A stretch of DNA of 64,000 bases from positions 756,965 to 820,964 of the forward strand of contig CAVQAN010000009.1 in assembly GCA_963710565.1 (NCBI GenBank), read 5' to 3'. The DNA is from Bryobacterales bacterium. Lineage in GTDB: Bacteria > Acidobacteriota > Terriglobia > Bryobacterales > Bryobacteraceae. The position numbers and the translations under genes are program-made. Positions 9,221-19,855 of this stretch are shown piece by piece; within the stretch, counting starts at the first letter, position 1; the number at the start of each line of letters is the position of its first letter. Below the pieces are notes generated by a model. The model did not search any database, had not been told where the DNA came from, and saw only the letters and a program-made list of their open reading frames with translations.

Positions 9221-10105
9221 ATGGGAAGAGTCCTGGTCTGGTCCCTGGCCGGAACCCTGCTGTTCGTCATGGTGGAGGCCGCCGCGGGCATCCACGCGCA
9301 CAGCCTTTCGCTGCTCTCCGACGCCGCCCACAACTTCACCGACGCCTTGGCGCTACTGCTGGCGTGGCTCGCGGTCTTCTTCGGACGCAAGCCGGCGGAT
9401 AGCGTCAAGACCTACGGCTATCACCGCGCCGGCGTCCTGGCCGCCTTCGTCAACGCTCTCTCGCTGCTGATTCTGGCCGGCTACATCGTCTTCGAAAGCT
9501 ACCAGCGCTGGCTGCGCCCGCAGGCGGTGGGCGAGATGACCATGCTGGTGGTGGCGGCGGGCGGCGTCCTGGTCAACGGCGCGATCATGTGGGGCCTGCG
9601 CATGGAGCGCGGCCGTGACGTCAACATCCGCAGCGCCTGGGCTCACATGCTGGGCGACGCGCTGGGCTCGCTGGCGATTGTGGCCGGCGCGGTGGCGATT
9701 CATTACACCGGCTGGCAGCGCACGGATCCCTTGCTGTCCGGCCTGATCGGGCTGCTGATCGTGTGGACCGCCTGGGACGTCGTCAAGGAGACGCTCAACA
9801 TCCTCCTGGAGGGCCTGCCGCGCGGGCTGGAACTGGAACAGGTGACCTCGGCCATGCGCGGCGTTCCCGACGTTCTCGACGTCCACGACGTGCACATCTG
9901 GAGCCTGGGATCGAGCACGCACGCGCTGAGTTGCCATGTGCTGATCGACGACCTGCCGCTCTCGGAAAGCGATTCGATCCTGCAGAGCCTCAACGAAGTG
10001 CTCTTGGAACGTTTCCGCATACAGCACACCACCGTGCAATTCGAGTATGTCAACTGCCCGGGCTGCCCCATCCCCAACGGGCAGCGCCACGCTCACGAGG
10101 CATAG
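9221..10105 (+). CDS. Cation diffusion facilitator family metal efflux transporter (CzcD-like)
   Basis: …HSLSLLSDAAHNFTDALALLLAW…GYHRAGVLAAFVNA…AWAHMLGDALGSLAIV…DVHDVHIW… typical CDF motifs. Start assigned to MGRVLVW (residue 81 of ORF 8981..10105). A His-rich LHQHQH stretch just upstream could belong to the protein via an alternative start. Confidence 0.75.
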   Translation: MGRVLVWSLAGTLLFVMVEAAAGIHAHSLSLLSDAAHNFTDALALLLAWLAVFFGRKPADSVKTYGYHRAGVLAAFVNALSLLILAGYIVFESYQRWLRPQAVGEMTMLVVAAGGVLVNGAIMWGLRMERGRDVNIRSAWAHMLGDALGSLAIVAGAVAIHYTGWQRTDPLLSGLIGLLIVWTAWDVVKETLNILLEGLPRGLELEQVTSAMRGVPDVLDVHDVHIWSLGSSTHALSCHVLIDDLPLSESDSILQSLNEVLLERFRIQHTTVQFEYVNCPGCPIPNGQRHAHEA

Positions 10106-10124
10106 CGTGACGATTCCGCACACG

Positions 10125-10275
10125 AGTGTAGTGCGTCGCCAGCCATGCGAAGCACGATTATCCAAGGGCAAACCCTGGGACAGGCACGAAGTTTCGCAAC
10201 AACGGCGAAATTCGAGCCAGTCCCCGGTTTGCGGCTCGTTCCGATACCCGACGGCATTTGCGACGCACCACGTTA
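10125..10275. repeat. Copy B (full length, with terminal inverted repeats) of the MITE/REP-like intergenic repeat
   Basis: tagtgcgtcgc…ccaagggcaaaccctgggacaggcacgaagtttcgcaacaacggcgaaattcgagccagtccccggtttgcggctcgttccgatacc…gcgacgcacca. Ends are inverted complements. Near-identical to copy D. Confidence 0.65.
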
Positions 10276-10323
10276 GGAGTGTTCAGCAGCCCCTAAGACG
10301 GACGCCACGGGCGGGGGGCTAAC

Positions 10324-11469
10324 GTGCATACGCTGGCCGGGATCCTCAGCGGCGCGGTCATTCTCATCGTCCTTTGGGACGCCTTCGAGACGATCATCCT
10401 GCCGCGCCGCGTCACGCGCAGGATCCGGCTGACCTCGGGGTTCTACCGCCTCACCTGGCGCCCCTGGTCCGCCATGGCGCGGCGCATCCGCCGCCCGCGC
10501 CGGACCGAGGCGGTGCTGAGCTACTTTGGCCCGCTCTCGGTGCTGCTCCTGCTGACGGTCTGGACGGTGGGCATGATCTTCGCTTTCGCCGGCCTGCACT
10601 GGGCTATCGGGACCCGGTTGGTCTCGCCCGACAGGCACCCGGATTTCTGGACCTACCTCTACATGAGCGGCACGGATTACTTCACGCTGGGTCTGGGCGA
10701 CGTGACCGCCGCCGCGGGCCCGGGACGGGCGCTGACGGTATTCGAGGCCGGGCTGGGATTCGGATTCCTGGCCATCGTGATCGGATACTTCCCGGTGCTT
10801 TACCAGGCGTTTTCGCGCCGCGAAGTGAACATCGTGCTGCTCGACGCGCGCGCCGGGTCGCCTTCAAGCGCGCTCGAGCTGCTGCGGCATTTCAGTGAAA
10901 CGGGCGCCCTGGGCCAGCTCGATCTCTCGCTGCACGACGCCGAGCGCTGGACGGCGGAGCTGCTCGAGAGCCACATCTCCTATCCCGTGCTGAGCCACTT
11001 CCGCTCGCAGCACGACAACCAATCCTGGCTGGGGGCGACCACCACCATCCTGGATGCCTGCGCGCTGGTGATGGCCGGCATCCGCGAAATCCCTCCGCGC
11101 CAGGCGCAGCTCACCTTCGCGATGGCGCGCCACGCGGTGGTGGACATCGCGCAGATTCTGCGCAGAGCGCCGCGGGCGCCGGAACCGGACCGTCTGCCGC
11201 CCACGGCGTTCCGCCGCCTGCAGGGGGAGTTGGCGGCCGTTGGCCTGCACCTCGCGGACGGCGACGAGACCGTGGCCCGCCTGGCCCAGTTGCGCAGCCT
11301 CTACGAGCCGTACGTCAACGCGCTATCTCAGTACCTCGCGATGCGGCTGCCGGAATGGGCGCCGGAGCGCCGGGCCGTGCATAACTGGGAGACGAGCGCG
11401 TGGGGCCGCGCCACGGGGGCAGCGTCCAAAGCGGCTACCTGTCAGAGGGCGGAAGACGATCATGGGTAG
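10324..11469 (+). CDS. Ion-channel-like membrane protein (two-TM pore-loop family, filter-like TLGLGDV)
   Basis: 381 aa. N-terminal TM helices and pore-loop-like YFTLGLGDVTAAAGPGRALTVFEAGLGFGFLAIVIGYF. Cytoplasmic C-terminal half of unknown function. Confidence 0.5.
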   Translation: MHTLAGILSGAVILIVLWDAFETIILPRRVTRRIRLTSGFYRLTWRPWSAMARRIRRPRRTEAVLSYFGPLSVLLLLTVWTVGMIFAFAGLHWAIGTRLVSPDRHPDFWTYLYMSGTDYFTLGLGDVTAAAGPGRALTVFEAGLGFGFLAIVIGYFPVLYQAFSRREVNIVLLDARAGSPSSALELLRHFSETGALGQLDLSLHDAERWTAELLESHISYPVLSHFRSQHDNQSWLGATTTILDACALVMAGIREIPPRQAQLTFAMARHAVVDIAQILRRAPRAPEPDRLPPTAFRRLQGELAAVGLHLADGDETVARLAQLRSLYEPYVNALSQYLAMRLPEWAPERRAVHNWETSAWGRATGAASKAATCQRAEDDHG

Positions 11470-11496
11470 GGGCGGGGCCCCACGGCCCGAAGGCCC

Positions 11497-11580
11497 CCCA
11501 ACAACAGGCACGAAGTTTCGCAACCACGGCGAAATTCGAGCCAGTCCCCGGTTTGCAGCTCGTTCCGATACCGGACGACG
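11497..11580. repeat. Copy C (core + right arm) of the MITE/REP-like intergenic repeat
   Basis: …caggcacgaagtttcgcaaccacggcgaaattcgagccagtccccggtttgcagctcgttccgataccggacg… lies between the convergent channel-like gene and trpB2. Confidence 0.6.
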
Positions 11581-11616
11581 CTAATCTACAGAGCGCTTGA
11601 TCTTGCCGGCGGCTTG

Positions 11617-12999
11617 CTACGCCGGCAGCGTCTCCATGGCCTCGGCGATTTCGGCGCCGGGATGCTCGTAGTCCTGCAAGCGGCCGCTAAGATAGGCGTC
11701 GTAGGAAGCCAGGTCGAAGTGGCCGTGGCCGCTCAGAAGGAACAGAATGGTGCGCGGCTTTCCCTCTTCGCGGGCCAGGATTGCCTCGTCGATGGCCGCG
11801 CGGATGGCGTGGGCGGATTCGGGCGCGGGCAGAATGCCCTCCAGCCGAGCGAACTGCACCGCCGCCTCGAAGGTGGGCAATTGCAGGCAGGACCGGGCCT
11901 CGATCAAGCCGTTGGCGAGCAGGTTGCTGGCCAGCGGGGAAGCGCCGTGGTAGCGCAATCCGCCGGCGTGAATGCCGGGCGGGACGAAATCGTGGCCGAG
12001 CGTGTACATCTTGAGAAGCGGCGTGAGCTTGGCGATGTCGCCGAAATCGTAGGTGTAGCGTCCCCTGGTCAGAGTGGGGCAGGCCGCCGGCTCGACGGCT
12101 TGCAGACGGACCTTGGAGCCGGCCAGCTTGTCCGGAATATAGGGCAGCGCCAGCCCGCCGAAATTACTGCCGCCGCCGAAGCAGCCGATCAGGACGTCAG
12201 GCTCGTCGCCGGCGAGCGTCATCTGCTTCCTGGCCTCGACGCCGATGACTGTCTGATGCAGGAGCACGTGGTTGAGCACGCTGCCGAGAGCGTAGTTGGT
12301 GTCGTCGTGGGTGGCAGCGTCCTCGACCGCCTCGCTGATGGCGATGCCGAGGCTGCCGGGCGAATCCGGATGCGCGGCCAGAACGGCCCGGCCGGAGTTG
12401 GTGCGCGGGCTGGGGCTGGGAAAGACCTCCGCGCCCCAGGTGTTCATCATCATGCGGCGATAGGGCTTCTGCTCGTAGCTGACCTTGACCATGTAGACCG
12501 TGCACTCGAGGCCGAACATCTGGCAGGCGAGCGCGAGCGCGCTACCCCACTGCCCCGCCCCGGTCTCGGTGGCCAGCCGCTTGATGCCCGCCTGCTTGTT
12601 GTAGAAGGCTTGCGCCACCGCGGTATTGGGCTTGTGGCTGCCCGCCGGACTGACGCCTTCGTACTTGTAGTAAATGCGCGCGGGGGTATCGAGCGCTTTC
12701 TCGAGGCGCTCGGCGCGGTAGAGCGGCGTCGGCCGCCAGAGCTTGTAGATGTCGAGCACTTCGCCCGGAATATCGATCTCCGGTTGGGGGGCAAACTCCT
12801 GCTGGATGAGCGCCATGGGGAAGATCGCCGCCAGCGCTTCGGGCCCGATGGGCTGACGCGTCGCGGGATTGAGCGGCGGATCGAGCGGCTGCTTGAGCAA
12901 GGGCAGGACGTTCACCCAGGCGGTCGGGATCTCATTGTCGGTAAGAATGAACTTCGTAATGTCGGCCACGCGGTCTCCTTCAAAACGGAATTCGACCAT
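11617..12999 (-). CDS. trpB: Tryptophan synthase beta chain type 2 (TrpB2, PLP-dependent)
   Basis: 460 aa, …[67 protein letters not shown]… Characteristic long TrpB2 form, intact frame. Confidence 0.85.
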   Translation of the reverse strand: MVEFRFEGDRVADITKFILTDNEIPTAWVNVLPLLKQPLDPPLNPATRQPIGPEALAAIFPMALIQQEFAPQPEIDIPGEVLDIYKLWRPTPLYRAERLEKALDTPARIYYKYEGVSPAGSHKPNTAVAQAFYNKQAGIKRLATETGAGQWGSALALACQMFGLECTVYMVKVSYEQKPYRRMMMNTWGAEVFPSPSPRTNSGRAVLAAHPDSPGSLGIAISEAVEDAATHDDTNYALGSVLNHVLLHQTVIGVEARKQMTLAGDEPDVLIGCFGGGSNFGGLALPYIPDKLAGSKVRLQAVEPAACPTLTRGRYTYDFGDIAKLTPLLKMYTLGHDFVPPGIHAGGLRYHGASPLASNLLANGLIEARSCLQLPTFEAAVQFARLEGILPAPESAHAIRAAIDEAILAREEGKPRTILFLLSGHGHFDLASYDAYLSGRLQDYEHPGAEIAEAMETLPA

Positions 13000-13089
13000 T
13001 GTAACCCGTCACGGACCGTCAGGGGGGCTGCTGAGACTGGCTGGTACCCCTCGTCCGCGTCTGGGATTCGGGGCGCGCTATCCTGAACC

Positions 13090-14814
13090 ATGCGTTGGAG
13101 CCAACTTCTCATCCCCACCTTGCGGGAGGAGCCGGCGGAGGCGGAGGCCGTCAGCCATCGGCTGCTGTTGCGGGCGGGCTATATTCGCCCGCTGGCGGCG
13201 GGGGTGTACAGCTACCTGTTCCTGGCGCAGCGCTCGCTGAACAAGATCGTCGCGATCGTGCGCCAGGAGATGGACGCCATCGGCGCGCAGGAATTCCTGC
13301 TGCCTGCGCTGCACCCTGCCGAGCTGTGGCAGGAGACGGGCCGCTGGCAGAGCATGGAGCACGACCTGTTCCGGCTCAAGGACCGCAACGGCCGCCAGAT
13401 GTGCCTGGGGATGACCGCGGAAGAAGTCATGACCGCGATCGCGCGCACCGAACTGCGGAGCTACAAGCAGCTCCCGCAGATCTGGTATCAGATCCAGACC
13501 AAGTTTCGCGACGAGCCCCGGCCGCGCTCGGGGCTGATGCGGATGCGGCAGTTCCTGATGAAGGATTCCTACACCTTCGACATGGACGCCGCGGGGCTCG
13601 ATGCGGCTTACCGCAAGCATTACGAGGCCTACGGCCGCATCTTCCGCCGCTGCGGGCTCGAGTTCCTGGCGGTGGAAGCCGATTCGGGAGCGATGGGGGG
13701 CAGCCAGTCGCGCGAGTTCATGGTGAAGTCCGAGGCCGGCGAGGACTGGGTGGTGACCTGCGACCAGTGCGGTTACGCGGCAAACCTAGAGAAGGCCGTC
13801 TCGAGCGCTACGGCTCCGGCGCGTTTCGATCCGGCGGGCGAAGTGACGCCCGAATCCTTCCTCACGCCGGGCATCAAGACCATCGAGCAACTGACGGAGT
13901 TCACGGGCCACCCCGGAAGCTCGTTCATCAAGAGCCTGGTGCTGGTGGCTGACGGCCAGCCCGTGCTGGCGCTGGTGCGCGGCGACCACCAGTTGAACGA
14001 GACCAAGTTCCGGCAGGCAACGGGCGCGCGAGAGTTCCGCGCGGCGCGTCCGGAAGAGATCGTGGGCTGGTTCGGGGCCGCAGCGGGCTCGCTCGGTCCG
14101 GTGGGCGTCAGCGGGATGAGCATACTCGCCGATGAGGCGCTGCGCGGCCGGAAGAACATGATCAGCGGCGCGAACAAGGACGGCCAGCACCTGCGCGGCG
14201 TGACGCCGGGTGAGGACTTCCGGGCGGAGTACCGCGATCTGCGGCAGGCCGCGGCAGGAGACGCGTGCGTGCGGTGCTCGAGCCCGCTGGCGCTCGGCAA
14301 AGCCATCGAGGTCGGACACATCTTCAAGCTCGGCACGCGCTACTCGAGCCCCATGGGATTGCGGGTGCAGAACGCCGCGGGCGAGGAGTGCACTCCGGCG
14401 ATGGGCTCCTACGGGATCGGCATCGAGCGCATCCTGAGTTCCGCGGTGGAGCTGTACAACGATGCGGACGGGATCCTGCTGCCGGCGGCCATCGCGCCCT
14501 TCCAGGCAGTCATTACGCCGGTGAACATTGGAGACGAGACGCAGCGCCAGGCCGCGATGGGGATCTACGAGAGCTGCCGGACGCTGGGTGTGGACGCGCT
14601 GTTCGACGACCGGGACGAGCGGCCGGGGGTCAAGTTCAAGGACGCGGACCTGATCGGCGTGCCCTACCGCATCGTGATCGGCAAGAAGCTCGCGCAGGGG
14701 CTGGTGGAACTGGTGGAGCGCCGTGGACGGCGGAAGTCCGACGTCGAGGCCATGGGCGCGGCGCGAAACGTGGCCGAGAGGGTGGCGGCGGACATCGCGG
14801 GGCCGGACGCGTGA
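13090..14814 (+). CDS. proS: Proline--tRNA ligase (bacterial type with editing domain)
   Basis: 574 aa, MRWSQLLIPTLREEPAEAE…RLLLRAGYIRPLAAGVYSYL…FRDEPRPRSGLMRMRQFLMKDSYTF… class II aaRS motifs, intact. Confidence 0.9.
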   Translation: MRWSQLLIPTLREEPAEAEAVSHRLLLRAGYIRPLAAGVYSYLFLAQRSLNKIVAIVRQEMDAIGAQEFLLPALHPAELWQETGRWQSMEHDLFRLKDRNGRQMCLGMTAEEVMTAIARTELRSYKQLPQIWYQIQTKFRDEPRPRSGLMRMRQFLMKDSYTFDMDAAGLDAAYRKHYEAYGRIFRRCGLEFLAVEADSGAMGGSQSREFMVKSEAGEDWVVTCDQCGYAANLEKAVSSATAPARFDPAGEVTPESFLTPGIKTIEQLTEFTGHPGSSFIKSLVLVADGQPVLALVRGDHQLNETKFRQATGAREFRAARPEEIVGWFGAAAGSLGPVGVSGMSILADEALRGRKNMISGANKDGQHLRGVTPGEDFRAEYRDLRQAAAGDACVRCSSPLALGKAIEVGHIFKLGTRYSSPMGLRVQNAAGEECTPAMGSYGIGIERILSSAVELYNDADGILLPAAIAPFQAVITPVNIGDETQRQAAMGIYESCRTLGVDALFDDRDERPGVKFKDADLIGVPYRIVIGKKLAQGLVELVERRGRRKSDVEAMGAARNVAERVAADIAGPDA

Positions 14815-14875
14815 ATGTCGGGGAACTGCGGCGGGGCCTGGCGGGCTACCTGAAACGCGGGCTCGAGGTGGCGCC

Positions 14876-15484
14876 CTAGCGCCCCATCAGCACCCGCCGA
14901 CCCTGGATCCGAAACTCCCCGGAGAGCACGATGCGGATGGCCTCGGTGTAGGCCTGGTGCTCCTGCTCCAGGATGCGCGCCGCGAGCGTCTCCTCGGTGT
15001 CTTCGTCGAAGACGGGGACCGCGCGCTGGATGACGATCGGACCGGCATCGAGGAGCTCGTCCACGAAATGCACCGTGCAGCCGCTGATCTTCACGCCGTG
15101 CTCGAGCGCCTGGTGCTGCGCTTCCAGGCCCGGAAACGACGGCAGCAGCGAAGGGTGAATGTTCAGGATGCGCAGCGGAAACTCGCGCACGAAGTAGGCG
15201 CTGAGCAGCCGCATGTAACCGGCCAGGCAAACCAGATCCACCGCGCACTTGCGCAGCTCGGCGACCACCATGCGGTCGTAGACTTCGCGGTCCAGGCCCT
15301 TGGAGGGAATCGAAGACCGCGTTCAGACCGCGCGGCCGCGGGCGATTTCGAGGCCGCGAGCGTCCGGCCGGTTCGAGATGACGACGGCGATTTCGGCGTC
15401 GATGCGGCCGGCCTCGACGCTGTCGGCGATGGCTTCGAAGTTCGAGCCGCGTCCCGAGAGCAGGATTCCGAGCCGCTTCTTCAT
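14876..15484 (-). CDS. purN: Phosphoribosylglycinamide formyltransferase PurN, with an apparent frameshift near 15300
   Basis: N-terminus [50 protein letters not shown] lies in ORF 15323..15547. C-terminal part …NIHPSLLPSFPGLEAQHQALEHGVKISGCTVHFVDELLDAGPIVIQ… lies in ORF 14876..15271. ATGA overlap with the purM stop. Confidence 0.8.
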
Positions 15485-16529
15485 AGGTAGACCACCCGCG
15501 TCTTCGAGCCGCGCTTGAGGGGAACGACGCGGCCGATTTCGTAGCACGGCTCGCCCAGGCCGTCGAGCAGCTTCCTGGCGCGCGCCAGGTTACGTTGCGC
15601 CACCACCAGGATCATGCCGATGCCAAGGTTGAAGGTGCGGCGGTAGTCGTCATCGGGAATGTTGCCGAGACGCCGCAGCAACTCGAAGATGGGCGGCACC
15701 GGCCACGCCGCCGTCTGGACTTCGATCGCCACGCGGCGTGGCAGGATGCGCGGCGTGTTGCCGGTGATCCCGCCGCCGGTGATGTGCGCCGCGCCCTTCG
15801 AGCAGGCCTTTGGCCGCGAGCGCCTGAAGGGGCCGCAAGTAGCTGCGGTGGACCTTGAGCAACTCATCGCCGACCGTGCCGCCGAGCTCCGGCAGATAGG
15901 TGTTGACGCCGTAGCCGGCCACCTCGAGCAGCAGCTTGCGGGCCAGGGAGTACCCGTTGGTGTGCAGGCCGGTCGAGGGCAGGCCGAGCAGTACGTCGCC
16001 GGCGCAGATCGTCGTGCCGTTGAGCATGCGGTTGCGTTCGACGGCGCCGACGATGAAGCCGGCCAAGTCATATTCGCCCGCGGCGTAGAGGCCCGGCATC
16101 TCCGCGGTTTCTCCGCCGATCAGCGCACAGCCGTTTTCGCGGCAGGCGTGCGCCAGGCCGGAGACGACCTGGCGCGCCACTTCCGCATCGAGCTTCCCCG
16201 TGGCGTAGTAATCGAGAAAGAAGAGCGGCTTCGCGCCCAGCACGCCGATGTCGTTCACGCAGTGGTTCACCAGGTCCTGGCCAACGGTATCGTGGCGGCC
16301 GGCGGCGAAAGCGATCTTGAGTTTAGTGCCCACGCCGTCGGCCGAGCTGATCAGGACCGGTTTCTTCCATCCGGAAAGCTGGAAACCGGCGCCGAAGGCG
16401 CCGATATCGGTAAGCACGCCTCGCGGTGAAGGTAGCGCGCGCGAGTCGCTTGATGTGATCCACGGCGCGGTCGGCCTCGTCGATATCGACGCCGGCGTCT
16501 CTATAGCGCACTGATTTTGGGAATGCCAT
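15481..16529 (-). CDS. purM: Phosphoribosylformylglycinamidine cyclo-ligase PurM, with at least 2 apparent frameshifts
   Basis: [27 protein letters not shown] (ORF 16323..16529). Then …[32 protein letters not shown]…[10 protein letters not shown]… (ORF 15650..16663). Then …[17 protein letters not shown]…[11 protein letters not shown]… (ORF 15481..16071). All are PurM segments in different frames. Confidence 0.8.
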
Positions 16530-16671
16530 CGTCGGAACCTACAGTATAGCCGGGAAACGCGGCCGGGCCGCGACATCGAACGGTCTCGGCTGTAAGTGGG
16601 GTGTGCCGAGGCGGGTGCGGAGACCCGCCGGGGCCGCGGACGGCTTCCCACGGCGCCGGCCAAGCTTTACA

Positions 16672-16823
16672 CTTGTAGTGCGTCGCAAGTCATGCGAAGT
16701 ACGACTATCCAAGGGCAAACCCTGGAACAGGCACGAAGTTTCGCAACAACGGCGAAATTCGAGCTAGTCCCCGGTTTGCATCTCGTTCCGATACCAACCA
16801 CATTTGCGACGCACCACTTTAGC
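16672..16823. repeat. Copy D (full length, with terminal inverted repeats) of the MITE/REP-like intergenic repeat
   Basis: tgtagtgcgtcgcaagtcatgcgaagtacgactatccaagggcaaaccctggaacaggcacgaagtttcgcaacaacggcgaaattcgagctagtccccggtttgcatctcgttccgataccaaccacatttgcgacgcaccac. Sits in the divergent purM/dtd intergenic region. Confidence 0.65.
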
Positions 16824-16827
16824 TCAT

Positions 16828-17307
16828 ATGCGCGTTGTCATTCAGCGAGTCAGCCGGGCGCGGGTTGTAGTGGATGGGAAGACCGCCGGAACGATCGGGT
16901 CCGGCCTGGTCGTACTCCTGGGCGTCGGCAAGCACGATACCCGCACGGATGCGGACTATCTGGCGGACAAAGTCACCGGGCTGCGTGTCTTCCCCGACGA
17001 GGCGGGCAAAATGAACCTCAGCGTGATCGAGACCGGAGGCGCGCTGCTGATTGTGTCGCAGTTCACTCTGTACGGCGACTGCCGGAGGGGCCGCCGGCCG
17101 GGATTCGACATGGCCGCGCCGGCGGAGGAGGCCCGCGCTCTATATGAGTACTTCGTCGAAGCGTGCCGCAACAGGGGAGTGCCGGTGGAGACCGGTATCT
17201 TCCAGGCATCGATGGCGGTCGAGCTTACCAACGACGGGCCGGTAACTATTATCTGTGAGTCGGAGAAAGCGCGATATCGCAGTAAGTATTCCTATGCTAT
17301 CGTGTAG
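16828..17307 (+). CDS. dtd: D-aminoacyl-tRNA deacylase
   Basis: [34 protein letters not shown]…[31 protein letters not shown]…TNDGPVT. Classic Dtd; start is residue 9 of ORF 16804..17307. Confidence 0.85.
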   Translation: MRVVIQRVSRARVVVDGKTAGTIGSGLVVLLGVGKHDTRTDADYLADKVTGLRVFPDEAGKMNLSVIETGGALLIVSQFTLYGDCRRGRRPGFDMAAPAEEARALYEYFVEACRNRGVPVETGIFQASMAVELTNDGPVTIICESEKARYRSKYSYAIV

Positions 17308-17319
17308 TGGGGGTGAACT

Positions 17320-17610
17320 ATGCCGAGACACAAGACCGTGCAGAATTCCGAGTTGTTGACAAGCGGCGCTCGAGGGGCTGGAAGCGCAGAAGAAGCGGAT
17401 CGAGGAGCAGATTGGCCAGGTTCAGGCCATGCTCGGCCGGCGCCGGGGACGTCCGCCCGCGTCCGCGGCAGCCGCGCCCGCCGCGGAGAAGCCCGCCGGC
17501 ACGAGGAAACTGAGCGCCGCCGCTCGCAAGAGGATCGCCGCCGCCCAGAAACGGCGCTGGGCGGAGTACCGCAAGAAGGCAGAAGCCGAAGGAGTAGCAA
17601 AGTCAGTTCT
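17320..17610 (+). CDS. Small basic coiled-coil / KR-rich protein (possible nucleoid- or DNA-binding), reading frame uncertain
   Basis: MPRHKTVQNSELL… then in the +1 frame …LEGLEAQKKRIEEQIGQVQAMLGRRRGRPPASAAAAPAAEKPAGTRKLSAAARKRIAAAQKRRWAEYRKKAEAE. Looks protein-like but is split over two frames. 3' end undefined; it overlaps the antisense of the VWA gene. Confidence 0.25.
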
Positions 17611-17696
17611 GCGGCGCGGCGGAAACGCGTGGCGCGGCGGCATGCCGGTGGAAGCGCTGGACGACCCCCGCCGCGGGGCGTGGAGCGAGCGCCTCT

Positions 17697-19765
17697 CAGG
17701 GGACCAGGTCGAAGTCGATCCACTGCGAGGCGACGCCTTGTTGTCCCCTGGCCAGCGTGTCCCGAACGACGAACTGAAGCGCGTAGGTGCCTGCCTCGAA
17801 CGAATCCAGGCGCATGCTTCCCTTGGCGGTGGTGCGCGGCGAGGCCGGCCGCCCCGACCTCTAGTCTCGTTGGGTCCGTGGCGAGCACCTGCCGCTGTCC
17901 TTGAAACACGCGCACCTCGGTGTCGATGGCCGGCTTGCCGGTCTTACGGTCCAATCGCGCGTTGAAGATCTGGCAGGTGAAATCGAGCGCACTGCCGCGC
18001 CGGAACACACGGAATGCCGGAACGCCCGGGGCCTCCCGGTCCTGCGGCTGGCCGGCCGGGGTGTCGAGGACAAGCCCGGACAGGGCCAGCCGCCGCTTCT
18101 TCAGATCGGGCACCTCGAGGAACTGGCTCGCAGTTCCAATCCGTCCCGTGGCGGTGTCGCGAACGGCCACGCGGACCTGGTACGGTCCTGGCCGAACCAC
18201 CGGAATCGAGCTGGTGTAGACCAGACCGGCGCCGAGCGCGTACTCGTACCGGCGCGGCTTCAGCTTGATGATCGCCTTGTAGGACGCCTTGTCGACCGGC
18301 TGGCCACGCTCATCCACGGTGAACGCGAGCAGGTCGGCGGTTGCCTGCATGTCGCCGGCTTCGGGCGAAAAGGTGAGGTCGCGGGCGTCGATATGGAGCA
18401 GCAGCGTGATGGCGGTACGGGCGTCCGCGGCTTGGGCAAACACCGGGGTGAGGCGAAGGCGAACCGCGGAGGACTTGAAGGGCGAGAACAGAGCGGCGGC
18501 AAACTCGTCGTCCGTGCGCTTAGGAGAATCTTCGTAGCCGTAGTAACCCGATCGCGAACGAACGTGCAGCTTGGGAACCTTGACCTGCACCCTGATGGCG
18601 TGAAAGTCCGGTTGCTTGCCGTTGCGAGGCTGAAAACGCGCCGCATCGGGTTTGTAGCCGATCAGGTAGTAGCCTTCGAGATCCGTCAGGATTTGTCCCA
18701 AGCCGGAGTCAATGCGGTTGTTGTCATGGACCAGGAAACCGCCGGTCTCGTGGGACAGGACCTGGAGTCCCTCCTGATCCAGCAGCATGCCGGCGAGCGG
18801 GCTGCCGGCGCGGCCCAGGTTGCGAATGTCGTCCTTTGTGAGCCGGTCGGCCGCGCTGGGCGACAGGGGCTGAAGGCCCCGTGCATCGATGCTATAGAGC
18901 ACCACGGCGGCGCGATTGGCCTGGTCCGCCAACCGGCGAACCGCTTCCATGACGCGCTCGTCCGCCGCCCACGCGGGCTGGCCTGCGTAGCGAGGGGCCA
19001 CGGTTTCGCTGGGGCCCAGAATCGAGCGCAGCCGCAGCCCATCGGAGATGAGGATGAGCGACTTGCGCCCCGGCATCTCACGCATGCCGTCGACCAGGTA
19101 ACTCAGGGCGCCGAGGGTTCCGAGAGAGTAAGTGACGCGGCGGAACTGCGCCTCTTGCGATCGGGCGTTCAGGCCCGCGCCGGGGCCCGCAGCGACCGGC
19201 TCCATCGCCGAAAGGCCCGCGCGGCCACCCGGGTACCACCGCAGGCGTTCCACGGCGGCGAGCAGGAGGCTCCGGTCGTTGGTGAACTGATCGAGCGCAC
19301 CCATGCCGCCGCTGGTGCGCACGATGGCCGCCAGATCGCCCGGCTGAAGCTGCCGTTCGACGAACCGCTTGAGGTCGTGCCGCACCTCGCCCATGCTCTC
19401 GAATGAAAGGCCGAGGTCGTCCACAACCAGAACGATGGTGCGGCGAACTTCCTCGCGTATGACCGCAGAGTGCGCGGGAGGAGGCGGGGAACGGCGCCCC
19501 GTGGCGGCGCAGGCGGCGCCGGCGGGACGGCCGGTGAGGAGGGCGGAGCCAGCCGGATGTACGAGAAGTTTGTGATCTTCTGGGGCCGCCCGTCCTCTGT
19601 GATCTCGAAGTCCTCGGCTTTCAGGTCCGTGACCTGGCGGCCCTTGGAATCCGTCACCACCGCATCTACCTGAACCAGATTGACCGTGACCCGGATAACC
19701 GGCGACTCGACCTGGCCCGCCAGCGCCGCCGCCGCGGCCGCCGCCAACCATCTCAGTTGAAGCAT
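17697..19765 (-). CDS. VWA domain-containing protein of the Acidobacteria-type family (TIGR03436-like), with apparent frameshifts near 19500 and 17860
   Basis: Signal peptide + MLQLRWLAAAAAAALAGQVESPVIRVTVNLVQVDAVVTDSKGRQVTDLKAEDFEITEDGRPQKITNF (ORF 19169..19855) is the hallmark N-terminus. VWA core …IVLVVDDLGLSFESMGEVRHDLKRFVE… is in ORF 17292..19793. Family-typical C-terminus …LDSFEAGTYALQFVVRDTLARGQQGVASQWIDFDLVP is read in a third frame ending ~17697. Confidence 0.7.
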
Positions 19766-19855
19766 CGGTATCCTCCGAAACAGCCGAGTCCATCCTAAAC
19801 TCAGGGCGGCGGCGCCGCCTTTCCGGTTACCGCCCACGCCCATAATGAACCACAA

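Noticed and set aside
10185-10245. tRNA-like T-arm (ggcgaaattcgagcc) inside the MITE core, suggesting a tRNA or tRNA-derived SINE
   Set aside because: No acceptor, D or anticodon arms can be built around it and no CCA-compatible 3' end is present. The resemblance is limited to a TTCGAG heptamer
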